Under the pieces are notes generated by a model. It saw nothing but the letters and a program-made list of their open reading frames with translations, ran no database searches and was not told where the DNA came from. DNA of 62,939 nucleotides, filler included, from Craspedostauros australis (taxonomy: Eukaryota), in NCBI GenBank assembly GCA_030167865.1. It is 10 parts of 10 records of this genome, joined end to end, with 100 filler letters (N's around TTAATTAATTAA, not from the genome) between each part and the next. Parts side by side here need not be neighbours in the genome. Positions count along the whole stretch, not along the records: positions 3,997 to 22,177 come from JALAGF010005777.1; positions 22,278 to 29,231 come from JALAGF010005778.1; positions 29,332 to 39,145 come from JALAGF010005779.1; 7 more parts are not named here. One strand, written 5' to 3'. Numbering within the stretch: the first letter of the stretch is position 1; each line of letters opens with the position of its first letter. A program made the translations under genes and the position numbers. Positions 19,030-30,513 of this stretch are shown piece by piece.

Positions 19030-21480
19030 CTACATGGCGACGATGACGATCATAGACACAACAACGCCCACAATCGAAATGCGAGTTCGCAATCCTTCTG
19101 CTCCGGATGCCGTTGGGGCTGAAGTTGTCCCGGAATCCGTGGTAGCAGTTGGGTCCGCTGTGGGGCTCTCGGTCGGGGTCTCTGATGGCAATGAAGATGG
19201 AGCCATTGAAAGCAGTGCCGTTGGTACAGCTGTCGGTACTGCCGTCGGTGCCATCGTTGGCGACTGCGATCTCTCCGGATCGCGAAGGTCCCTGTCGTAC
19301 CCAATACCGGAGGTGCAAACGAAAAGGCCGAAGGGGTCGATATCCGTCTTGATTGCTTCGAGCCTCGCCAGGTTCTTCGTGCCCCAAGCTGCCAAATTTT
19401 GGGAGATGCATCTTTCCGCTCGTTTGGCTTGCGACCACTCCGACTTGCATGGCACGCTCCAGTCAGATTTGAGCGGTCCCATCTCGAACACCAAGGCGTG
19501 GTTGTGACAGCTGCTGCCTGGGAAGTCATCGCCGATGACGGGTGAGTTGTCTGTGTTGCCGTAGAACAGCTTCAGGTACTGCTCTCTGGTTTCGTCGCTG
19601 ACGACTGCCTTGAGGAAGCCTGCAGATCTGCGCGTGGGTGACAAGGACGTCGTTTGGTCGTGAGAGATCGATATCTTTCCGCCCAGCGCGTAAAAGTGCT
19701 TTCCTGGCTGAAGCAGCGCATCGAGCGTGAGGATGGGAATCAGTTCGTCCATCTTTTCGACGATACCGTCTGCGGGAAAATGAGTGTTCTTCAGGTCCGT
19801 GTCTTCCTCTGGCAAAGCGCTGCTCAGCGGAATCACCGATGCAGGTGGATTATCTAGCAGCCTTCCCACAGGGATCGGACTCGTGGGGTCCCTGTTGACG
19901 ATGGAATGAGCGTAGGATGTCTGTTGGGCTGTGAAAATCGAGTCGGCGAAACCTTCAATCCAGTCGTCTTGGAGGCCCGCAGCTTGCATAGCTTGAACGC
20001 TCTGTTCATTCGTGATGAATTCCTTCCATGAGTTGGCCAAGGCCTCGCCTGCCTCGCCATAGCAAAAGAATTGATTCGATTCATAGGGGCTGAAACTCGC
20101 GGTCATGGCAGATCCGCAGAAATCGCTGATCTCCGCAGACACGCCCAGCGCAGACGGATTGAAGAAGAACTTCAAGATGAACTCTGTATACAGCAAACCA
20201 ATGCCCAAAAGCTGGTCATCCGGCGCACCGGCAAGGAACAGCCAGAGCGTTGACAGGTAGACCTCGGTGTAACCACCTGGGTCATCGTGTAGTTGGTAGT
20301 ACACAGATGTCACAATGCCGAAGGAACCTCCACCACCACCGCGGACGGCGAACCAGAGGTCATTGAAGTCGACATCCTCCTCGCATGGCTCCCAAGCCCA
20401 GTCCTCCTCTTTCGCAGCGAAGGGCGCAGAGTTGCAGTATCCTGTGACGTTGGTGGTCTTGGGGTAAACGAAGCCATTCACCTCCTCCCACTCGCTGGGC
20501 CCGAAGCGGACATGGGTTCCGCTTGGTAGGACCATCTCGATGTGCAACACTTGGTCGATTCCCATCCCGTACATCCTCATGCCGGTGGTTCCGGACAAGC
20601 CACCACTCGCCATCCATCCGCCAGCCGCAGACACGGTGCCGGCGCCGCCGCCCAGCAAGTGGTACTTGTTGAGGTTGGTATCCTTGGAATTCCAATTGAA
20701 GCTCACAGCACGGTATGCCTCATCGAAGATCTCTCCGCCGCCAACTCGCAGTACGGCTTGTTTGCCACGAGCCTGAGCGAGCTTGCAAGCCATGCCAAAT
20801 GCAGATTTTGAATCCAGATCGTCGACGCCGACTGCGTGGGGTGTGATGGTGACGTTCTCCTCCTTGCACTCCACCAGTCCCGTGCCCTCGATGGCGTACT
20901 TGGGAAGGCTGGTCATCTTGACGAGGAGCGAGTCCCGCACTGTGCTGGCGCCAAAGTAGGAATGGCCAGCAACCTTGACGGAGATGCCCACCTCGTGTTT
21001 GGCGGTGAACTGGATGGCACGCGTCAAATCTGCGATGGACTTGGGATGGATAACCTTGCCTGGGATATTCATGATGTCCTCGAAGACGTCAGAATCGTTG
21101 AACTTCTCGGGGTTGAGAGTGTATGGATTTGCCACGTCGAAGTCGTCGTAGGACCACGTACAGTTTTCGTAGATGCATGATGCGTGGCCCATGCAAAGTC
21201 CGGATGGTTGGAAGGCCAAGTTGTAGTTGCTGACCACCGAACCGAAAGCATCGACGAATGGTTGCAGGCATTGTGCCTTCCATTCCTCGACTTCAGTGCC
21301 GATCAGAGAATCTGGAGCATCAAGCTCCGCCTTGAGGTCGCTCCATGGGATCGCGGGGTCCGTCGCCTTGGCGGCCGATGCGGGTACGATGAGCACCACG
21401 AAGGCGGACAAGGCGAGCAGCGAGGTGATGAGGTTACGAGCCGAGGTTGTCATCTTGATGGACGATCGTGTGCTTTTCAT
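19030..21480 (-). CDS. Secreted FAD-linked oxidoreductase (berberine-bridge-enzyme-like, FAD-binding PCMH type) with a PT-rich stalk and probable GPI signal
   Basis: Signal-peptide-like LITSLLALSAFVVLIVPASAA; VKVAGHSY; GGWMASGG...YGMGIDQV; DLWFAVRGGGGGSFGIVTS; BBE-type end WGTKNLARLEAIKTDIDPFGLF; PTxxPT repeats; hydrophobic tail ISIVGVVVSMIVIVAM. Confidence 0.87.
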   Translation of the reverse strand: MKSTRSSIKMTTSARNLITSLLALSAFVVLIVPASAAKATDPAIPWSDLKAELDAPDSLIGTEVEEWKAQCLQPFVDAFGSVVSNYNLAFQPSGLCMGHASCIYENCTWSYDDFDVANPYTLNPEKFNDSDVFEDIMNIPGKVIHPKSIADLTRAIQFTAKHEVGISVKVAGHSYFGASTVRDSLLVKMTSLPKYAIEGTGLVECKEENVTITPHAVGVDDLDSKSAFGMACKLAQARGKQAVLRVGGGEIFDEAYRAVSFNWNSKDTNLNKYHLLGGGAGTVSAAGGWMASGGLSGTTGMRMYGMGIDQVLHIEMVLPSGTHVRFGPSEWEEVNGFVYPKTTNVTGYCNSAPFAAKEEDWAWEPCEEDVDFNDLWFAVRGGGGGSFGIVTSVYYQLHDDPGGYTEVYLSTLWLFLAGAPDDQLLGIGLLYTEFILKFFFNPSALGVSAEISDFCGSAMTASFSPYESNQFFCYGEAGEALANSWKEFITNEQSVQAMQAAGLQDDWIEGFADSIFTAQQTSYAHSIVNRDPTSPIPVGRLLDNPPASVIPLSSALPEEDTDLKNTHFPADGIVEKMDELIPILTLDALLQPGKHFYALGGKISISHDQTTSLSPTRRSAGFLKAVVSDETREQYLKLFYGNTDNSPVIGDDFPGSSCHNHALVFEMGPLKSDWSVPCKSEWSQAKRAERCISQNLAAWGTKNLARLEAIKTDIDPFGLFVCTSGIGYDRDLRDPERSQSPTMAPTAVPTAVPTALLSMAPSSLPSETPTESPTADPTATTDSGTTSAPTASGAEGLRTRISIVGVVVSMIVIVAM

Positions 21481-21947
21481 CTTGCAAGTGATGAGTGTCG
21501 ATCATCAATGAATGATCTGTATCCATCCGAATTTATGCTTTGGATGTGCTTCGGATGTGATTTGAATGTGATTTGAATGTGAATTGAACGCGCGTTGAAT
21601 CTGACCGATTCACGTACCAGACAGATTCGTACTTGTGCACGAACATGAGCGAGCACAACATCGGCATTGCTTTGGCTGATTCGTGTGTCCGCGTTCGGTA
21701 CCTTCACATGCAGCATGTCCCATACCAGCAACTCTTGACATCAATGGCAATGCCGACGAACCACACCACACGAGAGACTGGGGCACACGGAAAAATGGCG
21801 CACAGGCAAGACGATTGTGGAATGTGTGTGATTTGTTACTGCTAATTATTGTTACGGTTGTTTCGTGGTGGACAGCCGTTCGGGTCATGAGCGCAGGCTT
21901 AATTTGTAGATTCTGCGCTCGCTACTGTGTTGTGGCATTCGAGCTCA

Positions 21948-22177
21948 TCAGTCTTCATTGGAGGAGAAGAAGGTGTCATTGCTGGGGGTTGTTGGCTCAT
22001 TGACATCTGCGATGGTGCTCACCTCGGACAAAATGCTGCTGTCACTATCGGTACCATCATCGTGGTAGTATGCCATGTTGCTCTTCCTGTTGCGGCTGCT
22101 GTTGGCGCTGTGACTGCTCTTGCTGCGGTTGCTGCGGCGGGTACTACCAGTGTGGTCGCTGCGGGTACTACGGATAC
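21948..22177 (-). CDS. Possible 3' end of a truncated low-complexity Ser/Arg/Asp-rich gene
   Basis: Open frame IRSTRSDHTGSTRRSNRSKSSHSANSSRNRKSNMAYYHDDGTDSDSS...FFSSNED* running from the scaffold end. Confidence 0.35.
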
Positions 22178-22277
22178 NNNNNNNNNNNNNNNNNNNNNNN
22201 NNNNNNNNNNNNNNNNNNNNNTTAATTAATTAANNNNNNNNNNNNNNNNNNNNNNNNNNNNNNNNNNNNNNNNNNNN

Positions 22278-22610
22278 GGGCCAGAGACGGTCAGCCAGAC
22301 GTTGAAGATCACGCACACGGAAACGAAAGTGACGAACACTTTCGCGTTCGTCCAGTTCCGCAATGGCAATGTTCCTGTTGGTGAACATGGGAGGAGGTCC
22401 CAATGGAGTGAGGTAGAGTTGCTGCATTTGTAGCACATGACGGCCCAATGCAACAATGTTGCTATAGTGCTGAACCAAAATGACGACTCCTGCATAATCC
22501 AGACGTTGGACGTCGATGTCTGCAAGCTGAGCGATGGCAGCCTCGAATCGAGCGCTGGCTTCTTCCAATGCCTGCCGCTCGGGAACAGTACTCCAATTAC
22601 GATTGACCAT
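22278..22610 (-). mobile_element. N-terminus of a PIF/Harbinger-like transposase, cut by the scaffold end
   Basis: LDERESVRHFRFRVRDLQRLADRLWP matches the FRF/FRM...L helix motif found upstream of Harbinger-type (DDE_Tnp_4) catalytic domains. Confidence 0.6.
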
Positions 22611-23156
22611 GACAACGATGGTATGTAGTGATCGAACGCGCAGAGGAGCTGTGTGTGCGAAGGTGCGATGAACACAGACGAATTGAAGGAGCAGCGAGTA
22701 TAGCATGACATATAGCATGGAGGGAACACATCATGCAACAACAAAAAAGGAACCGATGATGTGTTGTCACACTCTTGGCCAAAATGTGACGCTCTTCGGG
22801 AGAAGTGAAAGCGAACATGTCTAAATTAGATACCCTAGAGATGGCGCGAACGGTTATTGACTCCACGTAATCCAAGCAGTATTCTGTCACGCACCAGTCC
22901 TGTGCAGTTTCCGTCACTCGAGAGTCAATGTCGGTGTGACACCTCGTCTGGGGGCCTCTGAGTGGAATGCAGAACTTCTCTATTGTTTGCAAATTTCCTC
23001 CATAAATTCTGCTCGTTTTCGTGTGTCCGATTTCGTGGTGTGATTTTGGCAAATCACAGTACACTATTGAAACCAATGTAGTTGTACCGTCCATGCATGT
23101 AGAAGAGAATAACGGGTGAATGATGCCCATAGTTGAGATTCAATAAGTGACAGACT

Positions 23157-23949
23157 TGTTGGAAATCCGGGGTTATAGTAGTAGACTAATCTGTTATCAG
23201 TCTGTACCGTTTTAGAACTGTGAGCACAACATGCTCATCTCCTTTCGATTCCGATCTCACGACAAGCATGATCTGCAGTAGCCACCCGAGGTTACACCCT
23301 TTAGCTTGGCTCCTTTCGTCTGCATCTTCATCTTGCTTTCATCGTGGTTCATCGCTTGCTTAGCTGAGGATTGGAGAGTAGCTACATTCGTCAAGTTCAT
23401 ACTCGTAGACCTGTAGGTACCTCTCCTTCGGTCTCCTGTCACCTCACTGGTCCCACTTCATTTCAGTTCCTCCCTCCGGTCATCTCGATGGTTGCCTTTG
23501 GATGTTTGGAACTTATCGTCGTCTGGATCGTGGTCTTGGGTGAATAAGGATCGCCTCTGTTTCGCTTTCTCATATTAGGTTCTCAGGGACGCGTCGACTT
23601 GTTCAGATATATTGGTTGTCGCGCTCGTTCGATTCACTCTGGGCTGGTGTGTTGCNNNNNNNNNNNNNNNNNNNNNNNNNNNNNNNNNNNNNNNNNNNNN
23701 NNNNNNNNNNNNNNNNNNNNNNNNNNNNNNNNNNNNNNNNNNNNNNNNNNNNNNNNNNNNNNNNNNNNNNNNNNNNNNNNNNNNNNNNNNNNNNNNNNNN
23801 NNNNNNNNNNNNNNNNNNNNNNNNNNNNTTGGGGGTTGCGGCAATCATGGGTATCTTTGCACTTAATACCATTCCGGTTCCAGTCAGTCCTCATGGGAGC
23901 TGCGGTAGAACAAGGTATCTTTGCGAAGTCGTACCCCCGATTCCTGACA
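23157..23949 (-). repeat. 3' LTR of the copia element
   Basis: On the minus strand it starts TGTCAGGAATCGGGGG right after the purine-rich AATGGAAGGG and ends CCCCGGATTTCCAACA (imperfect terminal inverted repeats). Contains one N gap. Confidence 0.8.
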
Positions 23950-24045
23950 CCCTTCCATTGTTGCACCACCATACTCACTCACACACACAAATCGTCTCTC
24001 GTCACACTCCCTTGTCTCGCTCTCGCACTCATCTCTTCTGTCCCA

Positions 24046-27000
24046 TTAATCCATGGTCGATCTCAATTGAATGATGCTCCCTTTGTGTCTATCGTAGATC
24101 TCCTTCTTTGTGTTCTTGGTGAAGCCGTCTGCGATGTTGTCCTCTGAGCGCACAAACTGAATTCGTGCCTCTCCGTTGTCTATCAGCTCCCGAGTGAAAT
24201 GATGTCGTATATCGATGTGTCTCGTTCGTGCTGATGTCGACGGATTGGAGGCAATGAAGATAGCCCCCACATTGTCCACATGCACATCCACTGGTTTGGT
24301 CATCGTCAAGCCGATGTCCTTCATTAGTTGCGTGAGGAAGCGAATCTCCTTTCCTGCTTCTGATAGGGCGACGTATTCCGCCTCCGTTGAGCTGAGAGTT
24401 ACACTTCGTTGTGCCTTCGATCTCCATACAATGGGCACCCCTTGCAATAGGACGAGATGTCCCCCGACACTGATCCGGTTATCCTTGTCTCCCGCAAACT
24501 CACTGTCTGCGTAGATCTCGATCTTCCATGCGTCGTTCTCTAGTGGGGTTGGTTGCATTCGTAATCCGTAGTCCCTCGTGTCCGATACGAACTTCATCAC
24601 TCGCAGCATCTCCTTGTATGCAGCAGCTGAAGGTCCGTCCAATACTTTGGTAAGCTCACGCACCGCATTTGCAATGTCGGGTCGCGAGTGCTTCACCAAG
24701 TATAGCAGCATACCTACTCCGCTTCGGTATCTGCTGTGTCGGTTACTGTCCACTTTGGGTAGGTCGTTGTTTCTCTGGATACCCTGTCCTGGTGTTCCTG
24801 GAGTTCCGTATCGTTGTAGAGTCAGCACGTCATCCTTGAAGGTGTCGATGATGTTCTTGATGATGTGTGGCTGGTTCACCCAGCAGTTCGACTGGTCGTT
24901 GTTAAAGATGATCTTGCAGCTGAGGTAGTCCTCGAGGTCGTTCTCCACCTTGATTCCGAATTGCTCAGCCTTAATGTCGATAGTCAGTTGCTTCAACTCC
25001 TCCTTTTCTCCGATGCATAGGCAGTCGTCGACGTAGGTGCCTATAAGCAGTAGTCTCCCTTCCTGATTCCGAATCAGAAGGCATGGATCCACTTTGCTCT
25101 GTCGAAATCCCAGTTTGAGTAGAATGTCGACCAGCTTTTTGTTCCATTGTCTGGCGCTCTGCACTAAACCGTAGATGGTCTTCTTGAGCAGCAAGCACTC
25201 GTCGGCCTCATGCCTCATGCCCTTTGGGCATTGCATGTAGATCTCTTCATCGAGTTCTCCATGCAAGAATGCTGTCTCGAAGTCGATGATTATACTATCC
25301 ATGTGCANNNNNNNNNNNNNNNNNNNNNNNNNNNNNNNNNNNNNNNNNNNNNNNNNNGTCGCTGTTTCTCTGGATACCCTGTCCTGGTGTTCCTGGGGTT
25401 CCGTATCGTTGTAGAGTCAGCACGTCATCCTTGAATGTATCAATGATATTCTTGATGATGTGTGGCTGGTTCACCCAGCAGTTCGACTGGTCGTTGTTGA
25501 AGATGATCTTGCAGCTGAGGTAGTCTTCGAGGTCGTTNNNNNNNNNNNNNNNNNNNNNNNNNNNNNNNNNNNNNNNNNNNNNNNNNNNNNNNNNNNNNNN
25601 NNNNNNNNNNNNNNNNNNNNNNNNNNNNNNNNNNNNNNNNNNNNNNNNNNNNNNNNNNNNNNNNNNNNNNNNNNNNNNNNNNNNNNNNNNNNNNNNNCGA
25701 AATCCCAGCTTGAGTAGAATGTCGACCAGCTTTTTGTTCCATTGTCTGGCGCTCTGCACTAATCCGTAGATGGTCTTCTTGAGCAGTAAGCATTCGTCGG
25801 CCTCATGCCTCATGCCCTTTGGGCATTGCATGTAGATCTCTTCATCGAGTTCTCCATGCAAGAATCCTGTCTCGAAGTCGATGATTATACTATCCATGTG
25901 CAGCAGCATCTTCATAGTGAGCATGATGCGGTAGGTTGCATCATGAATCACTGGTGCGTGGTGTGCTGAGAAGTCCACTCCCGCGATCTGTGAGTAGCCG
26001 CAGGCGACGAGTCTGGCCCGGAAGACTCCGTTCCTCTTCTCCTTGAATACCCATTTGGTCTTCACGCATCGNNNNNNNNNNNNNNNNNNNNNNNNNNNNN
26101 NNNNNNNNNNNNNNNNNNNNNNNNNNNNNNNNNNNNNNNNNNNNNNNNNNNNNTCTCTCCACTTCTTTCTCTTCTCGGGATCTGCATGGTCCCAGCATTC
26201 TTCGAAAGTGGTAGGGTCTAGCATCATAGCTACGCTTGCTTGTTCGGGTCTGGCTCGATCATTCGTTACTTGGCTCGCAGTGATGAAGTCATCCAGCCTC
26301 ATCTTTCCGTGAGTGGTGTCTATCATCATCCCTGCGACGTCTCTGTTGAACATCGACCCGTCTGTATGGAAGTTTGGCCCCTCTGTCGCCGCTGTTTCGG
26401 CTTCTGTCTCTTGGGCTGTCTCTTGCTTCTCATCGTCAGATTCCGATGTCTCGCTGGATCCGTATTCTCTGTCCTCCTTAGCAACAGGCGAATTGTTATA
26501 CCCTGCGAGATCTCTGACCATTCTCGGTACGTATGCAACAGGTGTTGCGACTGGAGTCGAGGGCGGTGCTTTCTCTACCGTTCTTTCCTCACTCCTTCCA
26601 TCCTCGTCCCTTCCGGATTCATCGCCGACGTCATCGTCTGGTTTCTGATCCTCCTGGACGGGTAGCAGGTCGTCCTCCTCTAGCGCAGCATCTTCTGAAT
26701 CTCCTTGTTCTCCGGTTCTGCTGCGTTGCTCATCGTCATCGGTCTCTATATTGCTCATACTGTCCGATTGACGAAGCCAAGTCACTCCTCTCTCTGGAGA
26801 TGAGTCTCTTGATGACGAGTCGTCGTCCGCGTTCATTACTCTGGATATATTGGCATCCTTGATACCCTTGAACTCTCCATACGACTTATTCAACCATGTT
26901 ACGTCTCGAGTCATTAGGATTCTCAAGGTAGCAAGGTTCATCATGCGGTACACTCCTTTCGCGTGCGACTCTCCGTATCCCACGAACATGGCAGGTTTGG

Positions 27001-27835
27001 AACGGTTGTCTAGCTTGGCCTTGATAGTCTGTCCACCGATGTGTACCATCCCCATTTCACCGAACACACGCAGGTCATTTGCATACTTCGGGATTTTTCC
27101 GTTTAAGAGTATACACGCTGGTTCCCTTGACTTCGTGCCAATGATGTTCTCCAGCTGCGTCGCCGTGTGAGCAGCCTCTGCCCACAGTTTGCCTCGCGTT
27201 GTTTTTGGTAGATGGGTTTGGTTCAGCATGGCGCGTACTTTGCCGTAGAGTGTCGCGAATTTCCTTTCGACGCGACCGTTTTGTTGCGGGGTCGATGCGG
27301 CAGTGTACTCGAAGGTTGGGGCGAATCCCCTGTTAAGTAAGAGTTTCTCTGTGGAACGATTCTCTCCTGCATTGTCACATCTGACATTTTGAACCGTTAC
27401 TCGCTGATTCGCCTGGAGCCATTGGAACAACAAGAGCATCTTCGACCCCACGTCGCTTTTCTCTGCGACGAAGTAACTCCAGCAGTAGTCGCTATAATCG
27501 TCGACCACAAGAAGCCAGTATTTGCCCCTTCCCAGGCTGTGTGTCTGGACGCTTGATGTATCCATGAACAATCGATCCCCGACTCCTTTCGCTCGTTGTT
27601 GAGTCGATTTCGACATCGGTCTCTGTCGCGATTTCCCAATCGCGCAGTCAACACACACGTTCAGTTTTCCTGTCACGTTCCAGCCGTACCTCCCTGCTGT
27701 TCGAGAGATGGTGTACGCGTCAACGTGACCTAACTTTTTATGAATTGTGTTGATGTCGACTGGTGCGTCGGTCGACACACCAACATGAGCTTGGTCGTCG
27801 GCCTTGGCGTTGCTCACCATGTTCACTCCGCACAC
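24046..27835 (-). CDS. Copia pol (GAG-pre-integrase, integrase, RT, RNase H); part of RT is represented twice across a gap
   Basis: HKKLGH...CVDC; FMDTS, VRCDNAGE, PQQNGRVER; KWVF...ARLVACG, YGLVQSARQW, YVDD; YADSEFAGD, SSTEAEY, TRHIDIRHHF, ADGFTK. Confidence 0.92.
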
Positions 27836-29138
27836 GAATCCGCTCTGGGTTGCTCATCTTGTTGTTGACGTTGTGTGGTCTCAAAGAAAGAATGGGAGAT
27901 GTGTCAGTCTGTTCGATAATGGCTGCAAAAGCGACGTCCTCCAATACCTTGGAGTCAGCTTGGTGGTTGCTGTCGTTGTCGCGTGTTTTCGCCTCGCCTG
28001 TGTTCACAGACAAGTTGGTCACATTTTCCAATTCGTTCATGTTTCTCGAGGTGGGCACACAAATTAATTCGTCTGTCATCACAAGAGCTACGTCGTTATT
28101 TCCCTCCATCCCATCAGTTGCCACATTAGCCGAGTCTGCCTCTTTCATGGCTGCCTTCAGCTTGAAGCACTGTAGGATCTTGTGTCCCTTCTTACCGCAG
28201 TACTTACACTCCCCATTGAACTTGGGCTTGCTGTTGTTGACTCCTTGGCCACTCTTCTTGTTCTTGCCGTTGTCTTTCTTGGGGGCGGAGCGGCAGTCTG
28301 CTTTCTTGTGCCCGTAGGCACCACAGTTGCGGCAGTGACCTTTGAAGCCTCCTACTGCAGCGAATGCAGTCTCTTCCCTGTTACTGTTGTTCTCACGTCT
28401 GTTGCCGCCGAGTTTGAGGTATCGGCCGTCGTAGGTGGCACTGACAGCCTCGCGGATGTCTTCGAGGGTCATGGTATCCTCCATACCGTCGAACTTGAGC
28501 TCCAAGAGCTTCACGTCCGTCTCGTATTCCCTTCCGAGGGCGTTGAGTACGAGCATGTGGTACTGTTNCATATCTATCTTGATACCAGTACTACCNAGGC
28601 GATTACGCAGCACTTCCATCTCGGTCAGGAACGTGTCTGGGTGNTCGCCTTTCTTCAACCGCATCCCGTTGAGTTGAGCCAACAACTTTGCCTTGATAGG
28701 CGCGGTACGTTGCTCGTAGATGCGCTCAAGGGCCTTCCACGCCTTGCGTGGGTCTCCACTCTCTGTGGGCCCGCCCTTGGTTCCCACCACAGCCATGAAG
28801 GCAACATTGCCTTCCGTAGTTTCATGGTTGATCGCCATGGCCAGTTCTTCAAACGCGCACTTAGCCAGCCCATTCATGTATACTTCCTTCTCCTCAGCAG
28901 TCATCGAGGCTATCTTCTTAGCGATAGACTCACCCTCTTCGATCTTCACATCGGAGATGAGGGCGCTGGGGCCGAAGGGAGCTGGCTTCACCTCCACCTT
29001 GTCTAGATCCATGAGATACANNNNNNNNNNNNNNNNNNNNNNNNNNNNNNNNNNNNNNTTGATGCTCCAACCTGTCCAGCTGGAACGCTTGCCGTCGAAG
29101 ATAACGACGCGGTCGTTCTTGCGGAGATAGGAGCTCAT
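27738..29138 (-). CDS. Copia gag with two CCHC zinc knuckles
   Basis: AWKALERIY (UBN2-type gag), CRNCGAYGHKKADC and CKYCGKKGHKILQC; ATG at 29138. Confidence 0.88.
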   Translation of the reverse strand: MSSYLRKNDRVVIFDGKRSSWTGWSIXXXXXXXXXXXXXXYLMDLDKVEVKPAPFGPSALISDVKIEEGESIAKKIASMTAEEKEVYMNGLAKCAFEELAMAINHETTEGNVAFMAVVGTKGGPTESGDPRKAWKALERIYEQRTAPIKAKLLAQLNGMRLKKGXHPDTFLTEMEVLRNRXGSTGIKIDMXQYHMLVLNALGREYETDVKLLELKFDGMEDTMTLEDIREAVSATYDGRYLKLGGNRRENNSNREETAFAAVGGFKGHCRNCGAYGHKKADCRSAPKKDNGKNKKSGQGVNNSKPKFNGECKYCGKKGHKILQCFKLKAAMKEADSANVATDGMEGNNDVALVMTDELICVPTSRNMNELENVTNLSVNTGEAKTRDNDSNHQADSKVLEDVAFAAIIEQTDTSPILSLRPHNVNNKMSNPERIRVRSEHGEQRQGRRPSSCWCVDRRTSRHQHNS

Positions 29139-30513
29139 GGTGATGTAGTGGTGGTGGTGTTTGTTGCTGTGTTGGTGGGTGATGGAAACGTTGGATTTCA
29201 ATCGTAACGTTTCGAAACGTGTTGGAAATCCNNNNNNNNNNNNNNNNNNNNNNNNNNNNNNNNNNNNNNNNNNNNTTAATTAATTAANNNNNNNNNNNNN
29301 NNNNNNNNNNNNNNNNNNNNNNNNNNNNNNNTATATTATGATGCTGATCAGCATTTATTGTGGATACAGTTGAGCCTAGGTTCTGATTCATTGCGTGTTG
29401 GGTATACTTGTGTTGCCGTCACAAGGATCACTATCTGTGAGACTGAGCTGGTTGGCACGATTGTCATGGCCCTGTTTTGGTGGGAAGATCAAGCAGTCTT
29501 GTGTGCATCGCCGTTTGTGACAGTTTACAAACAAGCAACGGATAGTTGCTGGTGGGGCTACCCATCTCGTTGTAGTTGCTCATGCTGTTCTCTTCGTATT
29601 GATTGTTGGGTGTTACCATTGCAGGTATGAGTGGTAGAGTCCGCTTGGTCTCAATGCAACTCTTGCCCAACATCACAACAAGTCCCACACAAACTACAAC
29701 GGAACAACATCTCGGCAATTTGTTGATCATGCCTCGCAGCAAGTTGTGGCCAGCGGTCAAGGAGACTCTTCGTGATGATCTCCTGCATGGAAGAATCACG
29801 GACGACATGAAACCTCGTGCTGTCTATGAACTGCGAGTCGAATACAAGCAAACCAACTACGTCAACTTCCGTACCAATCTTCGAACTCTTCGCAAGGCAT
29901 GCGATGAACAAAAGCGACGCGCACAAGCTGATGCCCAGGCTTTCGAACGATTCAAGGCCCTTCCACCAATTGTGCACACTCGCCCTCGATGGAAGGGATC
30001 AAATGCAGAGGCACAGCTGGCAACTGACTTCGATGAGGGTCTGCACCTTGCCAAGAAGCCCAACGATCTCTACGAGTCGAATGTCGTGTACCACCAGTTC
30101 ACGCTGAAGCAACTTCGCGATCACATCTATCAACTCAAGCGAAGCAAGATGGCATCGACGTANNNNNNNNNNNNNNNNNNNNNNNNNNNNNNNNNNNNNN
30201 NNNNNNNNNNNNCACTATCTGTGAGACTGAGCTGGTTGGCACGATTGTCATGGCCCTGTTTTGGTGGGAAGATCAAGCAGTCTTGTGTGCATCGCCATTT
30301 GTGACAGTTTACAAACAAGCAACGGATAGTTGCTGGTGGGGCTACCGAACTCGTTGTAGTTGCTCATGCTGTTCTCTTCGTATTGATTGTTGGGTGTTAT
30401 CTCGCAGATATGAGTGGTAGAGTCCGCTTGGTCTCACTGCGACTCTTGCCCAACGTCACAACAGGTCTCACACACAAACTACAACAGAACAACATCTCGA
30501 CTACTTGTTAATC

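Larger units (their letters stand above)
23157..29231 (-). mobile_element. Ty1/copia LTR retrotransposon (zinc-knuckle CoDi lineage), near full length but protease-deleted
   Basis: Gag, integrase, RT and RNase H in copia order. LTR end TGTTGGAAATCC occurs at both 23157 and 29220. Confidence 0.93.
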
